Shown here piece by piece: positions 51,760 through 64,000 of a DNA stretch of 64,000 nt. Every line of letters begins with the position of its first letter. The first letter of the stretch is position 1. This stretch comes from Vicugna vicugna (taxonomy: Eukaryota): contig MU058844.1 in assembly GCA_013265495.1 (NCBI GenBank), positions 6,695,260 to 6,759,259 on the forward strand. The letters are read 5' to 3'. Made by a program: the position numbers and the translations under genes. The notes under the pieces are model-generated. The model had not been told where the DNA came from, ran no database searches, and saw only the letters and a program-made list of their open reading frames with translations.

Positions 51760-53530
51760 GCACTCTTCTGGGCACCAGGGACACAGCTGTGGGCAAAACA
51801 GTCGAGGGCCCTGTGCTCAGGAAGCACATATTCAGGAAGGAGGGGATTATGGATAAAGATAATAAACAAGTAAATATATGAGTCAGTGAGACATGCTTTG
51901 CAGAAAGTTAAAAACAAGTATATGAGAGCGATTGAATGGGGGACAGCTTGGGCTGGATTAGTTAGGAAAGATTTCACTGAGGAAATGAATTGAAGGTGAG
52001 ATGTGAATGAGGAAAAAAAGTAAGGTGGACACTCCAGGCAGAAGGAGGACCATGTGTAAAAGGTCTAAGGTGGGACTGCATTTAGTGAATTCATGAAACT
52101 GACAAAAAGAGTGACTCACAAGATGAGATTAAAAGGTTGGGAGCAGCCAGATCCTTCAGGACCTAACCTGTGTAAGGAGGCTGACTGTTATTTTAAGTAC
52201 AGTAAAAATCATTAGAAGAACTTACGGCTAATAAAACATTATTTGATTTGCATTTTCATAAGACAACTCCAGTCACTTTATTAAGAATTGATGGGAAAAA
52301 TACAATCATGGAGACCAGTTAGAGGGCCATAATGATAGTCCAGGTGAGGTTCTTAGCTTTAAGCAACTAGGTGAATGATACAAAAGACTGGATGAGAAAA
52401 TTTAGAAGGTAACGTTGAGACCTATATGACATGTTAAAGCAGACACTACTGTTAATTCGCTCATGTCTGCTCTTTCCTTCTTTCTTACTTGTAGAGCTAG
52501 CTGATTTTTAGATGGACATGTAAAGACTGCATTTCTTTATTGGAAGGAAAAGAGACTAAATTCTGAATGATGAAATATAGAAGTGATAAGCGTAACATCT
52601 CAAGGGATACTTAAAGGCAGGCACACTTCTCTTGTTCCTTCTGGCAGAATGTGGACCTGGAGTAACCATTTTAGTCTATATATCAAGAACGGTGGAGAAA
52701 CATGCTACAGAGGGACATGGGTTACTGAGAATTCACCTTCACTATGGATGAGAGAATAAATCTTTATCTTTTTTAAACCACTGGTATAGTCAGGTACACA
52801 AGTCTGGAACTCAGAGAAGTTGTCATATATTGTGAAGGATATATGAATTAGGAATCCTTTGCTTAAAGATGATGTTGCTGGATCCAAACTCGTTCTGCTT
52901 GCTGCATGACAGGACAATAAATTGGGAGACAGGTGTCGGGGCAAGGAATAGCGACTTTATTCGGAAAGCCGGCAGACTGAGCGGATGGCAGACTAGTGTC
53001 TTGGAGAACCATCCTGCTCTAGTCAGAATATAGGCTCCTTTTATACAAAAAATTAGGGACTGGATGTGGTTGATTGTTGTAATCTTCTTGCTGCAGGCAT
53101 TCTTTGTCCTTGCAGCCATCCCCGTGGGCTAAGTCATGGTGTCCCATTAAACCTCCAACAAGACAAAGGTTATTCTCTACTACAATGATACCTAAAGCTA
53201 AAAGCTGACTAGGATCACCAAGGAAGAAAATTTAGCCAGAGAAATTGTCCACAAACGGAGCCCTGGGACACTTAAGTCTGGGAAGAGAAGGAAACTTCAT
53301 TAAAATAGGATTAGAAGGAGCAATCAGTGAGACTGTGTTATCTTAGAGATCCAGAGGACAGGACTTCACAGAAGGCAGGAGTGGTCAAGTAACAGGTCAG
53401 TCAATGAGACCAATGAGGACAAAGACAAAACCAGTGAATCTGCAGCACCCTGGTCGGTGCCCTTGACAGGAACAATTTCCCTTGTGTGGTATGGACAGAA
53501 GCTGAAATTTAGTGGGTTGAAGAGAGAACA
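51760..53530 (-). mobile_element. Fragmented antisense L2, interrupted by an MLT1 fragment (~52450-52800) and an ERV1-type LTR
   Basis: gcaccagggacacagctgtgggcaaaacag...ggaaagatttcactgaggaaatga...ggagaccagttagagggc. Resumes at ggagccctgggacac...ggagtggtcaa after 53190. Confidence 0.65.
52873..53184 (-). mobile_element. ERV1-type solo LTR A (312 bp)
   Basis: TG...CA termini with exact 4-bp TSD atga (52869-52872, 53185-53188). Minus-strand TATAAAA 53039-53045 and AATAAA 52956-52961. Confidence 0.85.
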
Positions 53531-54312
53531 AGAGGGAAAAAAAAAAGACGATGATTACAGGCCAAACACCTGAGTGTTTGAGTTTGTTTTGTTTCATTTT
53601 TGTTTTGCTTTACCTTAACAGAAAGCAGTAAAAAGCTGCAAAAGTGGAGGAAGACGAAGGAGGTGAGTCAAAGGAGAGGGATTTTAATTTGTTTTGCTGC
53701 AAATGATAGATCTATTTATTCTTTAAAATACTTCCAGGCATAGTCTTTCTCCTGGGCTTTTTCACGTGTCTTCTTTGCCTAGAATAAACAATTTTCATTC
53801 ACACTTTTCTAACAGCTCTCCCACCCAGACAAAATCAAATATATCCCCCTTTTGTGCTCACAGTGACATTCATCCTAGAGAGAAAGACATTTCTTCTTTC
53901 AGAGAGGCAGGTTTTTACAGTAGAAAAAGAAGGACCTGTGAGCAAATGGATCTTATAAATGTAAATAGTTTAATACTGAAGTAGTTGCTCAACCATTCTG
54001 TCTTAATTTCCTTATCAATTAAAAAAATTTTTTTAATTATAAAAAGTTCTCTGTAAAATCTCAATGAGATAAATGTAAAAGCTTTGAATAGAGCCTACCA
54101 ACTAGTTGGCTGTCAATAGAAGCAGTTCTTTTCGTTGTGAGCCTGCCTGGGTCCTCCCTTTTTGTCCTGTGACCCAATTTCTACAGATTCCTTTCCATGC
54201 TTCATCCTATTTTTGTCAATTGCTACACTGAGCTAGAATTGTCACTCCGTTTTTCAGTAGTTTAAAGTGCAAGAACAGAGACACATTAATGTCTCCTCAC
54301 ACACAAACATAT

Positions 54313-54769
54313 TGTTACGGAAACGACAGGCCAGTCAAGAAACAAGCACCACTCGGAGGGTTGGAGTACTCAGATGTATTACGCCGGCGGGCTCAGAGGG
54401 GCTTCTGCTCCGAAGCTCTGAGCACCTCCAAGACGTGCGCGTGACGTGANNNNNNNNNNNNNNNNNNNNNNNNNNNNNNNNNNNNNNNNNNNNNNNNNNN
54501 NNNNNNNNNNNNNNNNNNNNNNNNNNNNNNNNNNNNNNNNNNNNNNNNNNNNNNNNNNNNNNNNNNNNNNNNNNNNNNNCCAGCTGGCTAAAAACATAAA
54601 CAGCAAACCAACACTAATTAACTTAGATTTACAAGTTAGTCCAGCAGAACTCAGATCAGTATTCCGATACTTAGATTTGTGAGTTATCTTGTTAGCCCAG
54701 CCCAGCCTCTCCTTCACATTCCTAGACCTGTGAGTTATCTTGTTAGACCAGCCTAGCTTTTCCTTCACA
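54313..54769 (-). mobile_element. Young ERV1-type LTR B spanning the assembly gap
   Basis: TG...CA termini with exact TSD atat (54309-54312, 54770-54773). 11 CpG in 54313-54449. Confidence 0.8.
54450..54579. other. Assembly gap (130 N)
   Basis: Run of n. Confidence 1.
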
Positions 54770-54892
54770 ATATATCTAATTCAGTACTTTGAATTTGAGA
54801 TGTAAAGAGACTCAGTTAGTAATTGGGGCAGAAGCATAAACAGTAATGTCACATACCAAGAGGCAAAAACAGCCATGAGTAAGCACAGCTAT

Positions 54893-55363
54893 TGTGAACG
54901 AAAAATACAGCAAACCATATCAGTAAGCAAAGACTGCTGAAACCATCAAGTCATCAGCGGCTGCCGCCACCCCCCCAGTGAGGACAAGCCTGCAGCCCAG
55001 CCTCTGCAGCCTCTCACAGTGATGCACCCTGAGGGGACTCAGAATAAGAAAGGGCAGGATACTAGCCCTAGGTGCTTGTCAAAGGAATGAATTCAATGAG
55101 CCCAAATGTTTGCTCCCTCCCATACATATAAAAGCACTAAATTCTTTAACTTGAGATGCCTGGCTTATTTAGATAACAAGTAATCTTTTATTGTTCCAAC
55201 TCCCTGGTTTTTGTTGTAAAGCTCCTATATATCCTAGCTCCTCCCCTACCTCTTCAGAGCAGTCCCTCAGAGTGATCTGAGAGGCTGTCATCCCGGCTCA
55301 AGTCCTTCCACCAAATAAAACATAACTCTCAACTTTTAGGCTGAGCATTTATTTCAGTCAACA
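54893..55363 (+). mobile_element. ERV1-type solo LTR C (471 bp)
   Basis: tgtgaac...gtcaaca termini. TATA-like tatatat ~55225 and AATAAA 55314-55319. TSD ctat/ctac. Confidence 0.8.
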
Positions 55364-55544
55364 CTACGAATGAGCACTCTTTGAAAGACTATTATAATAG
55401 GAGGGGAGATGGTTGATTTGCAGCAATTGGGGAAACAGAAATAAGAATTGGTTGAATCTGAGTCAACACTGTGGTGAGATTACTAGTATACAGATGAACA
55501 AAAGTGGCTGCTAAAGGCCAAAGATAAAACCCAATCCTCAGAAC

Positions 55545-56065
55545 CAAAATAGAGCAGGACCCTGTGGGGGGTCCTCCCTGATACACATCCTTAAGAAATA
55601 GGCTTCATTCAGCCTCCTTGACCCTCCCTGAGTTCCCAAGGGCAGCTTCAAACAGTTGCTAATCAGGGAAGGGAGGGAATATAGAAACAAGGTAAGAACA
55701 GTCAAGAAACAATAGTGCAGCCTTGGGTTCCTTCTCAAGGAATATACATAACAGTATCTTTGAGTTCTTCTGCAGAAATTAAGGCCTCCACCCATTTTAA
55801 GGATGGTAACTTCAAGCTGGACACAAGGTTCCTGGAACACTACCATGTTACCTCACCATCAACCTACCAGAAGAAAGCCACACGCCCTGCAGCCCTCGCT
55901 CCAAATTTTTCCTTTAAAAATTTCTCCCTTCAGGGAGTTCAGGTTTTCTAAGCACAAACCACCTGTTCTTAGTCCTGCAATAAAGCTTTCTCTGCTCCAA
56001 ACTCTGACATTTCTGTTTGATTGACCTCACTGTGCATCAGGCACACAAACTTTTGTTTGGTAACA
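55545..56065 (+). mobile_element. ERV1-type solo LTR D (521 bp)
   Basis: aaatagagcaggaccctgtgg...AATAAA 55979-55984...ttggtaaca. TSD gaac/gaaa; the 5' TG is not preserved. Confidence 0.75.
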
Positions 56066-56092
56066 GAAACATGTCAGTCCTGAGTGACCTTC

Positions 56093-56728
56093 TGATGCAG
56101 GAAAATGGATGTGGGGCATGAGGAGGGCTGTATCCCAGGTCTTGGTGGAACCCCTGGGACGTGCCCCACCAGGTGTGGGTCCTTGGCTTTGAGGAGGAAA
56201 GAATTCAAGTTTGAGCCACAGTTGAGTAAAGGCAGATTTATTTAGAGAGATACACACTGCATAGAGTGTAAGGCAAGAGAAAGGCAAGGAAAGAGGTGTG
56301 GGAATTGGGTGCTCAGGTTAAAGTAAAAGTACGTACACACTCCATAGACAGAGTGCAGACTGTCTCCAAAGAGGAGGGAGTGAAAAAGGCCACTAGGCTT
56401 GGTGGTGTCAATTTTTATGGGCTCAATAGCTTCACATGCCTACAGGTAGCACCATTCCAACTGCCCTGGGGAAGGGGCTGTGATTCCCAGGAATTGGGCC
56501 TCGGCCCATTCTTCAGCCTTTTGCGGTTAGCCTTGGGGCTGTCATGGCACCTGCGGGCATGTTATTTAGCAAGCTGTTACAATGAGCATATAATGAAGCT
56601 CAAGGTCTACTAGAATTCAAACCTCTTCATCCTCAAGGCCAACTAGGAATTGAATCTTCCACCATTTTGGTGTTAAATTACTGTCATTCCTTGAGTGGCT
56701 GTGCCCTGCCCCCTTCCCTCCTGTCTCA
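56093..56728 (-). mobile_element. ERV1-type solo LTR E (636 bp, MER4-group-like)
   Basis: tgatgcagg...cctgtctca termini with exact TSD cttc (56089-56092, 56729-56732). Minus-strand AATAAA 56237-56242. Confidence 0.85.
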
Positions 56729-57885
56729 CTTCTATTTTCTGACCCATATTCCAATCTCCTGTAACCATACTATACTCATTGGTATTTCTTCCACAAAGAT
56801 TGGAAGGACAACTTTTCCTGATTCCAGTGAAGTACCAGTCTTTTGTCTTACCTGACAAACAGCAAAACAAACAACAAACAAAAAAGCAATAACAACAAAT
56901 ATAGTTGACCCTAACTATATCAGAAACAGAATCTATGGCACAACAACAACAACAAATATTCAAGAGTATATCTACCAATACCTCTAACGTAAAACAAAAC
57001 AAAATAAAGCATACGACAGGCACTGAAATATGTATTTCAGAAAGAAAAAAAAAGTTGGTGAAAACTTTGATTATTGCACATAAAAGGCTGTCACTGAATG
57101 ATCTAATATTCCACATTTTTAAATCTCTCACAGCCTTAAATCATCCACGTATTTTTTTCAACTGCAGCAGCAAACCTTTCCATCCCACTACTTCTATATG
57201 GTGAGAGAACAGCAAAATGACTAAGAAGGCAGATTCTGGAGACAGAAAGACTTTATTGGGGGCCCAGATCTAACTCTTAAAATGTGTGATTAATCTTCCT
57301 GATTCCCCAAATTGACTTACCTCTTTCTCCACATCTTGCTTCAGAGAGGTGAGAGAAATCATAAAGTTAAAACTGCCTACCAGAACTCTCCACTTAGGTG
57401 TCCCATAGATACTCATCATTTTACCCCTCTTAACACTCTACATCTTCAACAATACTAAACAAATGTAATTCCATGAATATACTTCAGGGAAATGTCTGGC
57501 CAAAATCAGGCAGGCACCCTTAACATTCCAGTTAACTGTCCAGGCTGCTGATCATTTGTTTTCATTTTTATTTTACGGAAGTGATTCAGATGTTCAGAAA
57601 AGCAGCATCATTCAGAATTTTTTTTTTAATGTTCCTTTATTCTGTACTCAAGATACAGAGTACCAGATTATCAGATTACTTACGGGCACTGCTTTCTCCA
57701 TTGATGGTGGACCTTTCATATTCCTGAGAAATGAGGTCACACGTTCTTTTAAGAGGGTAGACAGGAAGAGATTTTTCCAGAGAAAACCCCGTGGTCATAA
57801 CTTGTCACTGTGTTCCTCCTTGACAAAGCAACCCCCTTCCCTCTCTTATACCCAAGATGATGGAGAACGTAGGAATATTCAATTA

Positions 57886-58446
57886 TACTAGTTTTGCTAA
57901 TCCAAAAGGTAAAGACCCCAATTCTTGTCATACTCGAAATACAAGTTTACAGTCGGAAGATGGTGCATCGTGTAGTGAAATACTTTAAAAGATTTATTTA
58001 AAAAGAAAGGGAAAGTACACCTTCAAGAACGGGAGGCAGGTTGATCCAAGGGAGGATAAGTGGTGCATTTGTCTTCCCCTTCTCTTACACCCTCACTTAG
58101 AGGTGGTCTCTTGATTGACTGACAGCTCTTGTCCCTGCAATGCTTAGTCATGTTTGTCCCTTTTGCACGTGTCCTTATTCATGGTGTACACAGAAAAACC
58201 CATGAGGGGGTTATCTACACCACAATGTTAATTATAATACAATGAGCATTGAGTCATATCCATTGAAGTCCTTTCTGCTGTGGTGTACTCGTGGCTGTCG
58301 GGTTCTGACCGGTTTCTTGCTGGTGCTCATTTAGAAGAAGTAAAGTTCCCGTTTATGCTGGAGGCAGACACAACGCCATCTTCCGGACCATCCTCCCTCT
58401 CCTCCACCTGTCTGCCCGGTGCCCCCACTTATCTAACTACCTAACA
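57886..58446 (-). mobile_element. ERV1-type solo LTR F
   Basis: Ends tatctaactacctaaca. Minus-strand AATAAA (tttatt ~57993) followed by gggaaagtacaccttcaaga. No clear TSD. Confidence 0.65.
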
Positions 58447-60239
58447 GTTTCTTTCATAGGGATATGAAAATTAACCAGCATGTAATATTCTCATGATATA
58501 GCACAAGATATAAGTACTGTATCACATCTTATGCTTTCCAAGTCTACCACTTGGAAATTCTATAAGTTGTCTATTGGGAGTGGAATAGCGCAATCCATGT
58601 GGTCCCATACTCTCTGGCTGTAGTTTGTTAAGTCCATGTATTTCTGTGACGAGGAAGCACTGTCATATTACACACTACGAAGATCTGGGTACCCAAGCAA
58701 GAATGTCTGGGGTCCTCCAACTGGTGACTCTGTGACTTTGTACTTACTACCCTCTCTTCCTAGAATGGCTTGTCACTTCCTGCTCCCTTGCTTCATCTGG
58801 TTACCATGGGTATGTGTTTTTCTCATATATTTATTTTTATTTTTATACATTTCTACACGTAACTCTTTCTTGATATTTAGCACAATGTATTGCACTTGTA
58901 TAAACATCTTCAGGAAAGAAATCAATCTTAGTATGGGCTTGCCACTTAGTAGATACTCAAATATTTGACTGGCATTTTACTTTACTGTTTGGCACACACA
59001 TTGCAAAGTATAATGTGACCCATGGTGAGGAGAAGAGATTGAACTAACTATAGCATGGTGCATCAAATGGTATCTAGTGACAGAATTTTGGATAAGAAAT
59101 TCACTACTTACATGAGAACAGATACAGATTCTTTCCTTCTTTCAGCAGCCACAGAGACTTCAGCTTCACTGGAGGAGACAACAACCTGTGAAAAAAGGAA
59201 AAGGATAGACTAAGGAAATTCCTCTTTCCTGCAACTTATAGAACCCATTACAAATAAACTGTTAAGCTGAGCTCTAAAGAGATTATCGAGTCCTCCCTCT
59301 CCTTTTTTTTAAACCATATAATCAGCTCATTTTCTCTTTGAAGAGAACTGCAATAGGGACTTGATCTCTCAAGATTATAATGAAAGGTTTATTTCCATAA
59401 GCCTAAAGTCATAGACCTTATATATGAAAATAGTGTCTTTTAAAGGAAAATCTTTAAAAATACGATTAAAATAAATATACCACTTCACATAAAATACCAC
59501 TTCTCAGAATTTTTTAGTATAGCCTTTTAATTGAACCAACCAAATTGGAAAAAAAAAATTCTTTTTTCATTTTCTGCTTTGGTGTCTAGCTGAAAGTATC
59601 AATGGTCAAGGTATGACTGAATTTCTCAAAAGGCAAATAACAGCTCTTATAAATATGCAACTTGTGAGAGTTTTAATGTTGATACATTTTAAAACAATGT
59701 AGAAATAAAGCTATACCTGTTTATTATGTTAAGTATATAGCATATTTGTTGCATAAATAGATTAATTAAATTAATATAGCTTCATATTTCTTTAGGATAT
59801 GCCTGGAGGATTTTAACTGTAAGTACAAATCATCACTACAAAAATATAAAAGTTCATGTAAGTGTTAATCTTCGCAAAACTATTCTTAATTTTGGACTTT
59901 CTTACCAAGATAGCATGTCTTTTAGATTTCAAATGACATGACATCAAACAACATACTATATAGTTTCTTAGAGGAATCTCAAGGTTAGCTTAAATATTCC
60001 TTTGTCTCTTTTGCCTACAAGCTCCTGCTTTTGCTAAAACATTAATTATGAATCATTTTACTAACCCTTCTGTGTGGTTTCTGCTGTGCAAAGACAGAAC
60101 ATGGTACACTTTCTTTGATCTCCCTTACGAAAACATCAGTCGCTGATAATAAATTCACTAAATATCATTAAATTCATAAATGTGCTAGAGAAATTGAAGC
60201 TTTGCAATGACAGTTATAAGTTTTCCAAGTGTCTCTTTA

Positions 60240-61020
60240 TAGAAATATTCCTGGTAATCAATTAAGAAGTAATTATAGAATTGGAACATCATCAGTTCGC
60301 AACCTCTAAAAAGCAGATGTTGGAAATGAATATATCAATGCTTGTTAACATAGAAAAAGAAAGTCAACAGCAGAATAATTGTCTCCTAATGGAATAACAT
60401 AATGCCACTTATCGACTGTTCTTGAAAATATCAAGCCTATATCTCACAAAGTCTCTATATCTAACCTTCAATTTATAGGAAATAGAGGGAATAGATGTAC
60501 ATATTAGACAATACCACAGATACACAATCAATAAATCCAGGAATGTGGTGAACTCTATGGAAAAATGACCCTGTGTCTTCAACAAAGAGCAACAGAAAAA
60601 AATAAGAGAAGAAACATATAAGAACTGGGGCATAGAACCAATTTTAAACTATTAAAAGGTGAAATTATGAAACAGTAGGGAAAATGTGAGCACTAATTGG
60701 ATAGTCAATGATTTTGAAGATTTATTGTTCATTCTGGTGAGTAAGGGTATGGGAGTGAACTTTTAAAAGCCATTATATTTTAGAACAAACTAAAGTATTT
60801 ATGAATTAACTTCTATGATGACTGGAATTTGATCCAAGGGGATGCAGGAGAAGCATGAAAAGCAAAGCTTGCAGTGGTACAGAGGAAACAAGACTGGCCA
60901 CAGGCTGATAAATGTTGAAGCCAAGTGATTGATAGGTACAGGGGGATCATTAAACTATTCTCTACATTTTGCATATGTTCGATATTTCCCCTAATAAACA
61001 TGTTATTTTAAAAAATTAAT
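60240..61020 (+). mobile_element. L1MC-like 3' end
   Basis: caatttataggaaatagaggg...aaatccaggaatgtggtgaactctatggaaaaatgaccc...ctattctctacattttgcatatgttcga. Confidence 0.75.
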
Positions 61021-63149
61021 TAACACTCTGGCCACCTAACCAATAGGGATTTCTTAGCTCACCTTGTGCATGGGCTCCAACTGTTCTGTTTGCCTGTTGC
61101 CCAGAACTCTTTTCTCTCTACTGTCTGCCTGACATTTTTCTAGATCTGTCCCATTGACCAATACTGCTCTAGGAATACACACTTAATTATTTCATTTACT
61201 TAAAGGAGAAGTTTATCTTTCCCTCTCCATAGTAAATGTAGTCCTGCTTTTGAATCCAAAGACTTACTAATATGTTATATTGAACTATGAGCCATCTATA
61301 CCAGGTGTCAAACTTCCACATCCCACACTGGCAAAGACATTAAAGTGCCAGGTCTATAATCTCCTTCTGACAAGCAGATTCTATGAGAGGAAGAAAGCAG
61401 TAAAAATATTTTTATTTCCTCCATTGACCTGAATTATACAACCACTACCTCTTTCATCTTTTTAATAGGCAGAAATGACTAAGATCAAGTTCTGATTTAT
61501 ATTTTTCCTTTGGTCTCTCTCCATGACTTTTACTTTTTATATAAGATATGTGCATTGCTTGAAGGATATAACATTTTGTAATAAAATTAGAGGCAAGAAA
61601 ATTTTCTCAGAATTTAGACTGAAAACAATTACTATGTAAAGTGAATGCTTTGAATATTTCAGCAACTCTTCTAATGAGGCATTTTTACATTTTAATTATG
61701 TATTTTTATCTTAATTTGGAAGAAGTAGGTGAATCATCCATAAAAAAAGTCCCTTTAAATCATTAATGAAAATTTTCTCTAAATTAGAATTGCCTATTTT
61801 AACTCCATCCCTGACTAAAGTTCATATATTATACATTTACATAGTCTTGATAGAATATCATTTTCCCCTTTCCTCACTTCATGGCAGATCATTCAAATTT
61901 TATATGTAAAGTGTAGAATTCAGGAGAGAAAGTGAGGGATAGTGAATTTCAATGGATTAGTGAGTTTCTCTGATTAAATTTTTCTTAAAATAAAATCAAG
62001 ACAATTTCCTGTAAAGGACAATCTTCAGGAAGACCACATAATGTCATAATCCAGTGTCATTAGTTGCTTTAAAATGTAAGTTTTTGCTCTGTCACCCAAG
62101 GCTATCTTCCCAAAAGATCCCACAGTTATATTAGTTCTCTCTCATTTAATGATGAAAGGGTCTGGAAAGCAGTTCTGTTCCAAAGGGTGACTGGAAATAT
62201 TAGATGTACATGCTAAGACCTCATGTGGATGGAGCTCTAACTTATGTCAGGCATCTTTTTGTTTTAAAATGAATAAAGTATATTCAGTAGGAATCTGAGA
62301 TGAAATTGATTCATACTACAGAAACATGTTCTTATTTAATACTGAATCTCTATATCCTCTCCTCTCTTTTATAGCACATCATTTGAGAGGAAAAATCAAT
62401 GATGTAGCTGCTTTCTGAAATTATGTCTTAGACACATGGATTCTTTGGGTCACTGCTTTTCTTCACTAGTGGAAAATACAACGAAAACTGTGTAATGGAA
62501 AGAACAGTCCCAATGAGAGCAGGTTAAACTGGCGCAGAATTTTAAACTTGAAATGTGAGCTATGGAATAAGTATCTAATATAAATTGTCATCTCTGTAAA
62601 AATAATAATTTCTTCATATTGAATACTATTGGATTAAAAATATTAAAAAAAAAACTCTCTGCGATTAGAATCTTCTTTCTCTATAGTAAAAGATTTATTT
62701 TAACCTCAAGTGAAGTTAGCATCCCTAATGAATCTAGAGCTAGAATACAGAAATTAAAAGGACCTGATGTGTCAAACAGGTATGCAGTCCTAGAAAGTGC
62801 ACCCCTGAGGGAGTATCACTTAGGTACTATTTACATGAGTAAATCCCTGAAGGAAGCTAAGACATGAGTAAGCGTATTAGTCAGAGTTTTAGTTAGACTA
62901 TAAGTACATGCAAATGACATGAATATTGAACATAAACTTGTTAAAGACCAATATTTGGAACAACTGAAAACTAGGATACGTTTAATAACATAAGTACAGA
63001 AAGTGTCAAGATAGTCTTTTTCTCTTTCAAATGAAGGAAATCACATCTATTTCCAGCCTTAATCAGAAATTTTTCCTGTGTCTCAACACTACCCTCCTCC
63101 AGTTTCCAGCCAAAAAAAAATCTTGAATTAATTTATAGTCACATTATTA

Positions 63150-63271
63150 CATATAAAATAGAAAGTGAATCAGATCAGGCTAAATTCAGAGAACTGTGGG
63201 AGAATAAATTTCTGTTGTTTAAGCAATCCAGTTTGTGATTCTTTGTTAACACAGTCCTAGGAAACAAATAC
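63150..63271 (+). mobile_element. MLT1 3' fragment
   Basis: agaactgtgggagaataaatttctgttgtttaagcaatccagtttgtg...cctaggaaacaaatac. Confidence 0.75.
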
Positions 63272-64000
63272 GATGTAAGTATTAGCAAATTTTAGTGTGA
63301 GGGATCTGCTTTGACAATTCACCATTCTGCATAATGCACATTAGTGGCAGTAGTGAGGTTGTCATCAGTCCACAAATTATAATGGCCAAAGAATCTGGGG
63401 GTAAGAAAAAGGAGGAGGAAAAGCCTGACAAGAATGATAATGGAATGTCTCTACATATCCTTTGTATGAACACATGAAAGCCTTGATGTAAATTACAGAA
63501 GACAATCTTACTAATGAAATACAAAAGAAATATCCTTAGACTTAAGGGAATTGGACAAGATGATGGACAGAGGAAAAGTACTGTTCCTGGACATTAAAGA
63601 AGCACTGGTGAAAGTTAAACCCCTAAAGGAGGAAACTAGAATAGAAAAATTGTTTTCCTCACTCCAATGCACTGTTAAGAAGGAAATTAAAAATTAGTAT
63701 CCAAACCTTACAATACGTCATTGCTTAAATCTTATATATATATACTTATTAACTGAATAATCAACTGAATAATTAGTTCATAAAAGGACTTCAGGCATCC
63801 CCAAATATTTATGTATGATCTTTAAAAAACATGAAGTAAGGAAATCCTTGGGATATTACTATAGATAGATACCAGATAAATGTACACCTTAAATGGCTAT
63901 TTTTATTTTGTTGCTCAGAGTGGAAAATGCTTGATTGTTGCCTTAAAAGTTTATAATATTAAAAAGTTAAAGTAGTTTAAATAATTAGAGATATATAAAA

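Noticed and set aside
54893..56065. LTRs C and D as the two ends of one provirus
   Set aside because: The sequences are unrelated, each has its own TSD, and there is no primer-binding site (TGG...) or coding sequence between them.
3380..63524. The many 60-155 aa ORFs in the six-frame track
   Set aside because: No recognisable domains and low-complexity AT-driven composition; many use non-ATG starts or lie in repeats. Only the L1 ORF2 and ERVL gag fragments are interpretable, and they are fossils.
1..64000. CRISPR arrays, operons, rRNA, NUMT or processed pseudogenes
   Set aside because: The sequence is spliced mammalian DNA. I saw no repeat-spacer array and recognised no such homology by eye; a BLAST search could still reveal decayed pseudogenes.

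Overview
Mammalian genomic DNA, most likely from a camelid (alpaca or camel). The basis is tRNA-Ala-like Vic-1-type SINEs and a camelid-type L1 3' end, and I saw no Alu, B1 or Bov-A elements. The only supportable gene is the 3' end of SLC6A15 (B0AT2 neutral amino-acid transporter) on the + strand. Its last two coding exons are 1215-1377 and 2502-2873, followed by a 3' UTR with a good poly(A) site near 3846-3900. The remaining ~60 kb is AT-rich intergenic DNA full of interspersed repeats (MIR, L2, L1, MaLR/ERVL LTRs, hAT MITEs, ERV1-type solo LTRs), with a 130-N assembly gap at 54450-54579. I found no new protein-coding system. The most notable observations are: (1) six different solo LTRs in 5.6 kb, four of them inserted within ~330 bp of ancestral DNA; (2) a perfect 17-bp inverted repeat forming a pre-miRNA-sized hairpin at 22822-22890; (3) an apparent L1-insertion-mediated deletion and a 17-bp templated duplication in the 46.3-48.6 kb L1/SINE knot; (4) a tail-less patchwork L1 ORF2 insertion at 37659-38021; (5) a small CpG-retaining, ETS-site-containing element at ~8.5-9.2 kb. 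Repeat family names come from recognition by eye, not a database search, and boundaries of old repeats are approximate.
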